NCBI GenBank assembly: GCA_049303795.1
Contig: JBAQNM010000005.1
Span: 222,381-286,380, forward strand
DNA from: Candidatus Moraniibacteriota bacterium
GTDB taxonomy: Bacteria; Patescibacteriota; Minisyncoccia; Moranbacterales; UBA2206
Direction of reading: 5' to 3'
DNA: 64,000 bases
Under the pieces are notes generated by a model. It saw only the letters and a program-made list of their open reading frames with translations, was not told where the DNA came from and ran no database searches. The translations under genes were made by a program, and so were the position numbers. Positions 57,190 through 64,000 of this stretch are shown here, piece by piece (positions within the stretch are counted from its first letter, which is position 1; every line of letters starts with the position of its first letter).

Positions 57190-58305
57190 ATGAAAATAAC
57201 AACCTCCATAAAACATACTAACAAAAAGAATATTCTTGCTCTCGGCGCCGAATCCGCTGGAAATTTTTCGGTTTTTAAGAATGGTGAAATTTATTTCTCT
57301 GAAGATTTTGGCGACTTATTAGAAGAAACTAATTGGGAGAATTATCAGATTTCAGTTTTAACTTACTTAAAAACTAACCAGATTAAGCCAGAAATAATTC
57401 TAACTGATCTTCATCCCCTATACAAAACTACGACTTGGGGAAAAGAACTAGCTAAGAAATATCACGCAAAACTTCTTCCAATTCAGCATCATCATGCTCA
57501 TATTTTTTCTGTTATTGGAGATAAAATGCTTTATTCTAAGAGCTACAAGTCAAAAACTACAAACTATGGCATTGCCATGGATGGTACTGGATATGGTACA
57601 GATGAAAAGATTTGGGGCGGAGAAGTATTTAAAGTTAAGGGAAAAGAAATTCTAAGAATCGGACATTTGGAAAATCAAATTATACTTGGTGGAGATTTAG
57701 CTGTCAAAGAGCCAGCTAGAATGTTAATTGGAGTGTTAAGTAAAATATTAAGCAACAAAGAAATCTACCCTTTCATCAGAAAATATTATACCAGAAATCA
57801 ATTTGAATTATTATACAATCAGCTCTCGCAAAATTTTAACTGCCAAGAAACTTCTAGCACTGGAAGAATTTTAGACGCTGTTTCTTTACTTTTAGGTTTT
57901 TGTAATAATGAAAGAAAACACAAGCACGAACCAATTAATTTGCTAGAAAAAAATTCAACTGTTCCCTATTCTGATTTAATACCAAAAATAATTTTTGATG
58001 AAAAAGAAAAAATATATATTTTACAAACTACTCCACTTTTTAAATATTTAATTAAAAATATAAATAAAGACAAGAAAAAATTAGCTGCCACGGCGCAACT
58101 TTACATTGCTAAAGGTTTATACGAAATTATAAAATTGAAAACTAAAAGCCAGAAACCAGAAACTTTTTTTATTTCTGGTGGTATATCAAATAATAAAATA
58201 ATTTCTTCTTTCTTGGAGTCCAAAGGCGCATATGTAAATAAAAAAATCCAACGTGGTGACGCCGGACTTTCTTTTGGGCAAGTTGTTAAATACTTATTAA
58301 ATTAG
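57190..58305 (+). CDS. HypF C-terminal Kae1/TsaD-like carbamoyltransferase domain as a stand-alone protein
   Basis: ..LALGAESAGNF.., ..DLHPLY.., ..LPIQHHHAHIFSV.., ..AMDGTGYGTDEKIWGGEV.. match the HypF C-terminal domain; no acylphosphatase, Zn-finger or YrdC domains. Confidence 0.6.
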   Translation: MKITTSIKHTNKKNILALGAESAGNFSVFKNGEIYFSEDFGDLLEETNWENYQISVLTYLKTNQIKPEIILTDLHPLYKTTTWGKELAKKYHAKLLPIQHHHAHIFSVIGDKMLYSKSYKSKTTNYGIAMDGTGYGTDEKIWGGEVFKVKGKEILRIGHLENQIILGGDLAVKEPARMLIGVLSKILSNKEIYPFIRKYYTRNQFELLYNQLSQNFNCQETSSTGRILDAVSLLLGFCNNERKHKHEPINLLEKNSTVPYSDLIPKIIFDEKEKIYILQTTPLFKYLIKNINKDKKKLAATAQLYIAKGLYEIIKLKTKSQKPETFFISGGISNNKIISSFLESKGAYVNKKIQRGDAGLSFGQVVKYLLN

Positions 58306-59316
58306 TCAGCATATCCTCGGAATCAGCTTCCCTCTAGGCACTTCGATTTTTTTGACAGAGCCAATTTTAGTTTTCAACCAAACGCCCCTGCCCGCCTCAT
58401 TACGCGAAGCATTATGGGTGGGTCTTTGCACTTCCCCAATAATCTTAGCGCTTTTATTAAATTTTTGAAGAATTTGAATAACTTTCTTAGAATCTTTTTT
58501 TGACACCGTTGCTACAAATCTACCTTCGGACGGAAAAGAAAAAACGTCAATGCCAAGTAGTTCTGAAATAGCAATTGTTTCTTTTTTAAATGACAAATTT
58601 TTTTCTTCCAAAACAAATTTGGTTTTGGATTTTTCTGCCATTTCATTGAGCACCGCCGCCATACCACCGCGTGTTGGATCTTTGCAAGAAGTTAGATATT
58701 TTGAAACTGCTTGAATTTCACAAATTAACGGTTGGCAATCGCTTTTTATTTTTGTTTGATAATTAAATCGTTTCGCCAAAAGCGCCACCGCATGTTCGCC
58801 AAGATCTCCAGAAACTATTATATCATCCCCTGCTTTTGCACCGGCATTGGAAATTATATTAGAAGCCAGCCCCACTCCCGAAGTAGTGATTTCAATTTTG
58901 TCGATCTTGCCTTTTTCCGTTACTTTAGTGTCTCCCGTCACAATTGGCACGCCCGTTTCTTTAGAAATCTTCTGAATTGAATTTATTATTTTTTCTAAAT
59001 CACTTTCCAAAAATCCTTCTTCAATTACAATACTCAAAGACAATCCAATTGGTTTGGCGCCCATCACTGACAAATCATTCAGTGTTCCACAAATCGCAAT
59101 TTTTCCAATATCGCCTCCGGGAAAAAACAACGGATCAACAATAAAAGCATCCGTCGTGAAAACTAATTTTTCTTTTCCCAAATCAAAAACTGCTCCGTCA
59201 TCAGCCGTGTTTTTCCATTTTCCTTTTACATTCAAAATGCTTCTTATGTTTCCAATAAGTTCTTCGGATTTTTTTCCTCCTCCGCCCATTTCAAGCTCGA
59301 TTATTTTGTTTTTCAT
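58306..59316 (-). CDS. hypE: hydrogenase maturation protein HypE (start at internal Met MKNKIIELEMGGGG)
   Basis: PurM-like fold and C-terminal PRIC motif. Confidence 0.85.
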   Translation of the reverse strand: MKNKIIELEMGGGGKKSEELIGNIRSILNVKGKWKNTADDGAVFDLGKEKLVFTTDAFIVDPLFFPGGDIGKIAICGTLNDLSVMGAKPIGLSLSIVIEEGFLESDLEKIINSIQKISKETGVPIVTGDTKVTEKGKIDKIEITTSGVGLASNIISNAGAKAGDDIIVSGDLGEHAVALLAKRFNYQTKIKSDCQPLICEIQAVSKYLTSCKDPTRGGMAAVLNEMAEKSKTKFVLEEKNLSFKKETIAISELLGIDVFSFPSEGRFVATVSKKDSKKVIQILQKFNKSAKIIGEVQRPTHNASRNEAGRGVWLKTKIGSVKKIEVPRGKLIPRIC

Positions 59317-59320
59317 AAAG

Positions 59321-60355
59321 TTATTCGGTGAAACGAAAATTAATACTACAACTCCCCTCCCTCGAAACCATGCACGCGCCTTGCGGATTTTCCGGTGTGC
59401 AAACTTTTCCAAAAAGTGGACAATCTTTTGATTCAATTAATCCTTGCAAAACCTCACCACAACGACAAACACTTTTTTTAGGTTTGATTTCTTTTTTTAT
59501 TTTTACAATCATCTCTCGATGAATAAATTCCGCGTCTTGCAATTGATATTTTTTTCGAATTTTTAGTCCGGAATTTTTGATTTCTCCCAAACCTCGCCAA
59601 GAAGCATTTCTAACTTCAAAAACTTCGGAAATTAAATCTAACGCTTTTTTGTTTCCATCCTTTTTCACTAGTCTCGTATATTCATTTTCAACTTTTTTTT
59701 CTCCAGCAATTATTTGCTTCAAAAGCATTTCAATCGCCAGAAGAACATCTTCTGCGCTAAATCCAGCTACCACCTGTGGGATTGGAAATTTTTCATAGAC
59801 TTCTGTGCCGATAATTGCACTGACGTGTCCTGGATTAATAAATCCGTCGATTTTGATTTTATTATTTTTCAGTAGCGCCTCCATTGCTGGCGGAAAAAGT
59901 TTGTGCGACGAAAAAACTGTAAGCTTATTTTGAATTCCCCAAGCCGTCATCACAGTTGTTGTTTCAAAGCCAATTCCCCAAAAAACTAAATTGGGAATTT
60001 TTTTGGAAAGCTCCAGCGCTTCAGTTACATCATAAACAATATGCACTTGTGCGCCCTCTTGCCTGGCATTTTCCAAGCTTCCCAAACTCCCTGGAATATT
60101 AGTGGCGTCGCCATAGCAAGCAATCGGAATACCTGAAAGTGCCAGGCCAGTTACCACATCAATTTCACTTTGATCAGTCACACAAACCGGACAACCCGGA
60201 CCAGTAATCAGTTTTATATTTTCCGGCAAAATATTTTTTATTCCGTGCTTGGCAATCGCCTCACTGTGCGTTCCGCAAAGTTCCATAAAACGAAGTGGCC
60301 GATTTATTTTTTCAGCTTTAGTTTGAATATTTTTTAATATTTTTTTATAATCCAT
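59321..60355 (-). CDS. hypD: hydrogenase maturation protein HypD
   Basis: CGTH, GPGCPVC, and C-terminal FeS Cys motifs. Confidence 0.85.
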   Translation of the reverse strand: MDYKKILKNIQTKAEKINRPLRFMELCGTHSEAIAKHGIKNILPENIKLITGPGCPVCVTDQSEIDVVTGLALSGIPIACYGDATNIPGSLGSLENARQEGAQVHIVYDVTEALELSKKIPNLVFWGIGFETTTVMTAWGIQNKLTVFSSHKLFPPAMEALLKNNKIKIDGFINPGHVSAIIGTEVYEKFPIPQVVAGFSAEDVLLAIEMLLKQIIAGEKKVENEYTRLVKKDGNKKALDLISEVFEVRNASWRGLGEIKNSGLKIRKKYQLQDAEFIHREMIVKIKKEIKPKKSVCRCGEVLQGLIESKDCPLFGKVCTPENPQGACMVSREGSCSINFRFTE

Positions 60356-60542
60356 ATTCAGATAGTTTTTCAACATAATCCTTCTCCATCTTTTCAATCG
60401 CAAAACCGGCATGCACCATCACATAATCACCAACCTTAACATCAACGATGCTTATATTTATTTCTTTTTGCACGCCCTGAAACTCAACTGTTGCCAGATG
60501 GTTATTGATTTTTATGATTTTTCCTGGAATTGCTAGGCACAT
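60345..60542 (-). CDS. hypC: hydrogenase maturation protein HypC
   Basis: N-terminal MCLAIPGK. Confidence 0.8.
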   Translation of the reverse strand: MCLAIPGKIIKINNHLATVEFQGVQKEINISIVDVKVGDYVMVHAGFAIEKMEKDYVEKLSEYGL

Positions 60543-60543
60543 A

Positions 60544-60664
60544 ATTCAGAACCACAGATTATCACATGAATTCACATGATTTCACTGATTATATTATAAT
60601 TAATTATTTTGACTTTAAAATTCAGTGCTTTCAGGATAATCAGTGTTAATCAGTGGTTCTGAAT
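60544..60664. promoter_or_regulatory. about 120-bp imperfect palindrome filling the whole hoxU-hypC intergenic space, built from 10-bp-periodic TGATTAnCAC-like units in inverted orientation
   Basis: attcagaaccac (60544-55) with gtggttctgaat (60653-64) as perfect 12-bp termini. Inside, agattatcac / atgaattcac / atgatttcac on the left mirror aggataatca / gtgttaatca on the right. Confidence 0.55.
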
Positions 60665-61714
60665 TTTCCCTATTTTTATTTTCTCCTTATCCCTCGCTAA
60701 CCTCGCCACTTCGCGCTCACTAAGCACATAATCTAAATACTTGTCTATATTTTTCTTTTTGTCTATTTTGGAAGAAATAAAAAATACAACAATATCTTTC
60801 GGATTTATTTTTTCACGCTTAGCATATTCCGTTTTAACATTTTCGATAACTTCGTCTTCCGATTTTTCCTTTTCTAATTTTATAATCTTCTCGAAACCCA
60901 AATCTGAAAGCAACTTATTTAAATTCTTTTCCGGTTTTATTTTTTGTGTTTGCGCTAAAACTTTTTCCTCTATTTCAAAATCCAAAACCGCCACCGAAAA
61001 CTTTTTGAGATCATCCAGAATCTCTACTATTTTTCTATAATCATTCTGATCAGTAAGCGCTGCAGTGGGACATGCTCGCACACAACGCCCACAAAAACTA
61101 CAATCCAGAACTTCCTCATAGGGCGTCCCAACAACGACCGCGCCTCCTCGCAGATTAAACCCAAACTTTTTTTCCGGACAAATATTAATACATCTTCGAC
61201 ATTCAATACAAAGTTCGCTATTCCTGGAAATACACGGATTTTCATTTTCCACAACTACCCGCGACCAATTATCACGAATCAAGCCCAACTCTTCTTGCCC
61301 GGTTATTTCTCCTTTCCTCGGAATGAAATGAAAATTTTCAATTTTATATTCCAACGCCAAATTTTGCAATTCGCACATTTGATTTTTCTTGCAAGTCGCG
61401 CATTTTCCAGCGTGATCTGCCCAAAGCAGTTCTAGATTTATTCTTCTGGCTTTGTTTATATCTTCACTTTCCGTAATCACTTCCATCCCGTCTTTAACTT
61501 TCAAGATGCAGGAAGGCTGTAAACTCGTACGGACAGGTTTTAAACCTGTCCCTCCACTTCTTATTCCCACCAAACACAAGCGGCAAACCGCTCCGCGCAA
61601 AAGATCTTCAAAAGCACAAAGTGTGGGAATTCTAATTTCATTTTTTCGACACACATCCAAAACAGACTCCCCGAGCTTAGCTGTATATTTTTTATTGTTG
61701 ATTTTTATTTGCAT
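60650..61714 (-). CDS. HoxU/NuoG-N-terminal-like diaphorase iron-sulfur subunit (2Fe-2S + 4Fe-4S clusters)
   Basis: 2Fe-2S ferredoxin Cys pattern (C..C..C..C), a His/Cys 4Fe-4S motif (CATCKKNQMC) and two CxxCxxCxxxCP ferredoxin motifs. Confidence 0.7.
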   Translation of the reverse strand: MQIKINNKKYTAKLGESVLDVCRKNEIRIPTLCAFEDLLRGAVCRLCLVGIRSGGTGLKPVRTSLQPSCILKVKDGMEVITESEDINKARRINLELLWADHAGKCATCKKNQMCELQNLALEYKIENFHFIPRKGEITGQEELGLIRDNWSRVVVENENPCISRNSELCIECRRCINICPEKKFGFNLRGGAVVVGTPYEEVLDCSFCGRCVRACPTAALTDQNDYRKIVEILDDLKKFSVAVLDFEIEEKVLAQTQKIKPEKNLNKLLSDLGFEKIIKLEKEKSEDEVIENVKTEYAKREKINPKDIVVFFISSKIDKKKNIDKYLDYVLSEREVARLARDKEKIKIGKIQNH

Positions 61715-61724
61715 AAATAAAAAT

Positions 61725-62912
61725 TTAAAATATTTCTAATTTTTCCACCGCGTCTCGAAATGCTGTTGCCGCAAACTTCCCCAAAGGACAAAAAGTCGTA
61801 TTTTCCAATGTCCATAAAATATCATTGACTGCTATTTTATCACGATCAGAAATTTTCCCATCCTGCAAACGCTGTGCGATTTCATCGAGACGAAAAGTTC
61901 CTTCCCGACACGGCACACACTTTCCGCAAGATTCCCGCCGAAAAAAACCAGACCAAGACAATAATAGCTCGTAAATATTAACTGTTTTATCTACCACTAA
62001 AATTGCTCCGGATCCAGTCACAGGAACATCTAATTCTTTTTCTAGAAATAATTTACCTGACGCTCCCCCAACTTGAGCAAACCAAAATTCTTTTCCTCTT
62101 TGCACGCCTCCGCCCAATTCCTCTATCGCCTCTCTTATTGTAATATTCATCGATGCCTCAAAAACTCCCTGCTTTTTTACTGCGCCACCAAGTATAAATA
62201 GCTTAGGATTAATTTTAGCATATTTTTTTCCACCATTTTTAATAATCCAGGGAATATTAGCAATTGTTTCGGCATTATTCACGACTGTCGGCTTACCAAA
62301 AAGACCACATTCTGTTGGATATGGCGGACGAATCTTCGGCTCTCCCCGATTACCTTCGATAGAATTTATCAATGCCGTTTCTTCACCGCAGATATAAGCG
62401 CCAGCTCCAGAAAAAATTTCCACTTCCAAGGAATATTCGGCGTCTAATATTTTATTTCCCAAAAACTTATTTTCATGCGCTTGAATGATTGCCTGCTCTA
62501 AAATTATTTTAGCTTTTTCATAATTACCATTAAGATAGATGTAGGCTTTTTTTGCGCCGATCGTAAGCGCAGAAATGATTATTCCTTCCAAAATTAAATG
62601 AGGATTATTTTCTGCAAGCATTCTGTCTTTATATGTTCCCGGTTCTGATTCATCCAGATTACAAATAAAATATTTTTCCTTGCTTTTTTGTGCCATAGCT
62701 AACTCCCATTTTGCACCTGTTGAAAAACCCGCACCACCCCTTCCGCAAAGTCCAGAAAGTTTTATTTCCTCCAAGGCTTTTTGTGAATTAATTTTCGAAA
62801 TAAACTTCTTAAAGGCTTCATATCCGCCAACCTTTAAATAGTCCTCAATTTTCAAAGGATTAATTTTGCCCCAATGTTCAGTTATTATTTTTATATTATC
62901 CATGTTTGTCAT
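61725..62912 (-). CDS. HoxF/NuoF-like NAD(P)H-binding flavoprotein subunit (start probably ATG at 62912 or 62903, not the track's GTG at 62927)
   Basis: GLCGRGGAGFSTGAKW (FMN/NADH site) and ESCGKCVPCREG 4Fe-4S motif. Confidence 0.85.
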   Translation of the reverse strand: MTNMDNIKIITEHWGKINPLKIEDYLKVGGYEAFKKFISKINSQKALEEIKLSGLCGRGGAGFSTGAKWELAMAQKSKEKYFICNLDESEPGTYKDRMLAENNPHLILEGIIISALTIGAKKAYIYLNGNYEKAKIILEQAIIQAHENKFLGNKILDAEYSLEVEIFSGAGAYICGEETALINSIEGNRGEPKIRPPYPTECGLFGKPTVVNNAETIANIPWIIKNGGKKYAKINPKLFILGGAVKKQGVFEASMNITIREAIEELGGGVQRGKEFWFAQVGGASGKLFLEKELDVPVTGSGAILVVDKTVNIYELLLSWSGFFRRESCGKCVPCREGTFRLDEIAQRLQDGKISDRDKIAVNDILWTLENTTFCPLGKFAATAFRDAVEKLEIF

Positions 62913-63015
62913 TCCCGTCCCGAGCACTCGGGACGGGAATCTAGTATGAAAATTTAAAATTTATGACCGGATTCCCGTTGGAATTTATCCTCGTGAAACA
63001 GGGGCGAGAATGACA
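62907..63015. mobile_element. MITE-like GC-rich intergenic element with about 17-24-bp imperfect terminal inverted repeats and an internal perfect 14-bp hairpin
   Basis: Termini tgtcattcccgtcccgag and ctcgtgaaacaggggcgagaatgaca (reverse complement tgtcattctcgcccctg..). Internal attcccgtcccgag-ca-ctcgggacgggaat (62911-40) and gattcccg repeat. Sits exactly between hoxE and hoxF. Confidence 0.4.
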
Positions 63016-63480
63016 CTATAAATACCCCTCTAAAATGCTATGGATTGAATTTTTAGTCACTCTCTCAAAAAACTTTTCATTTATCACAACTACTGGTCCT
63101 TCTCCGCAACGCCCCAGACAACTGATTATTTCCAGTTTTACCTTCGGATTAAATTCATCTCCGGCTTTAATTCTAAAATAATTTTCAATTTCACGAACAA
63201 TGCTATTTGAATCACTTAGAACACAATGCGTTCCAGAGCAAACTTTGATTACCAAATTAGCTGTTTTTTCTGTTTTAATTAAATCGTAAAAACTAGCTGT
63301 TTCATAAATTTCAGATAACGGCAGAGAAAAATAATTTGCCACTTTTTGCATATCCTTCTTGGAAATATAACTAAAAACTTTGTTAATTTCTTTTAGCGTT
63401 GCAACTATGTTTTTTTTCTCTGGATCAAAATGCAATAGAATTTTTTCAACTGTTTTATGCATAGAACTAGGTCTTGTCAT
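63016..63480 (-). CDS. HoxE/NuoE-like thioredoxin-fold 2Fe-2S subunit
   Basis: CSGTHC .. CLGRCGEGP 2Fe-2S motif. Confidence 0.75.
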   Translation of the reverse strand: MTRPSSMHKTVEKILLHFDPEKKNIVATLKEINKVFSYISKKDMQKVANYFSLPLSEIYETASFYDLIKTEKTANLVIKVCSGTHCVLSDSNSIVREIENYFRIKAGDEFNPKVKLEIISCLGRCGEGPVVVINEKFFERVTKNSIHSILEGYL

Positions 63481-64000
63481 TACTATTAAAAAGAAGCATC
63501 TTTCTCTTAACGCTTTCCTTTACTGCTTCACGCGCTTGTCCAAGAATACCGCGAATATCAAATCCCGGATCTTTGTCTCCGTGAAAGATACTACTCAAAG
63601 CATTTACAAAAGCAACGCGTGTATTAGTATCAATATTAAAACAACTAACTCCCCGCGCTATGGCCTCGCTAACCTTTCCATCTTCCCAGTCAGATGCTCC
63701 ATGCATTATTATCGGTATTTGAATTAAACTTCTGATTTTGTCCAAACGATCCCAGTCAGGTATTTCTCTCTCTTTAAAAAAGTCATGCGCATTACCGATT
63801 GCCACTGCCAAAGCATCGATTCCCGTGCTTTCTACGAAAATCTTAGCCTCTTCGGGCTTAGTCATATATTCCTCCCAATTAACTTCACCCATTTTATTCT
63901 CACTTAAATATGGAACATTCCCCAATTCTCCCTGGATGGTCACACCCTTGTCCTGACAACAATCCACTGCCTTTTTTGTTATTTCCATATTATCAACAAA
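63467..64000 (-). CDS. fba: class II fructose-bisphosphate aldolase, C-terminal part (gene continues beyond the 3' window edge)
   Basis: ..LAVAIGNAHD.. and ..IMHGASD.. class II aldolase motifs. Only the C-terminal half is present, so the true start lies outside the window. Confidence 0.75.
   Translation of the reverse strand, partial: FVDNMEITKKAVDCCQDKGVTIQGELGNVPYLSENKMGEVNWEEYMTKPEEAKIFVESTGIDALAVAIGNAHDFFKEREIPDWDRLDKIRSLIQIPIIMHGASDWEDGKVSEAIARGVSCFNIDTNTRVAFVNALSSIFHGDKDPGFDIRGILGQAREAVKESVKRKMLLFNSNDKT

Noticed and set aside
60544-60664. The 10-bp-periodic repeats as a CRISPR array.
   Set aside because: Units are about 10 bp with no spacers of 25-40 bp. The arrangement is inverted and palindromic rather than direct repeat-spacer. 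No cas genes are present in the window.
61725-62927. GTG at 62927 as the hoxF start.
   Set aside because: That codon lies inside the perfect GC-rich hairpin of the MITE-like element. ATG codons at 62912 and 62903 give N-termini (MTNMDNIKI / MDNIKI) more typical of the family, though the choice remains uncertain.

Overview
This window is AT-rich and gene-dense, with most genes on the minus strand. Most native genes lack a Shine-Dalgarno sequence and many encode large secreted repeat proteins, so I infer a small-genome, possibly CPR/Patescibacteria-like bacterium. Recognisable housekeeping content, in order along the window:
- a gyrB 5' fragment, then a heat-shock operon hrcA-grpE-hsp20-dnaK preceded by a near-consensus CIRCE operator;
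- mltG, pcm, malic enzyme, trxB-trxA, and uppS with a polyprenyl synthase;
- a cluster of three stand-alone receiver-like proteins and a Zn-ribbon protein, next to a SipW-type signal peptidase / TasA-like / lamin-tail-domain surface cluster;
- a short GC-shifted island encoding a chimeric sigma-70 region 4 + RNA polymerase alpha C-terminal domain (alpha-CTD) protein, a 590-aa unknown protein, and tRNA-Glu flanked by a GC-rich pseudoknot-like element and a 13-nt direct repeat;
- a 1097-aa beta-propeller surface protein, U32 peptidase with tgt, recO, a CAP-domain protein, ileS, nudix, a GT4 glycosyltransferase, rnhB and dnaE;
- a tRNA-Ala/tRNA-Ile pair;
- a fused PP-loop (MurL-like?) + MurD ligase next to a D-aminoacylase;
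- gap and desulfoferrodoxin;
- a dispersed [NiFe]-hydrogenase system: large and small subunits, a HoxEFU-like diaphorase, hypC, hypD, hypE, a stand-alone HypF C-terminal domain and a HypA-like protein without a zinc finger. It is interrupted by a metalloprotease, a Clp D1-only AAA protein and a secreted repeat protein, and bounded by palindromic or MITE-like intergenic elements;
- a class II fba fragment at the 3' edge.
No CRISPR array or rRNA was seen.
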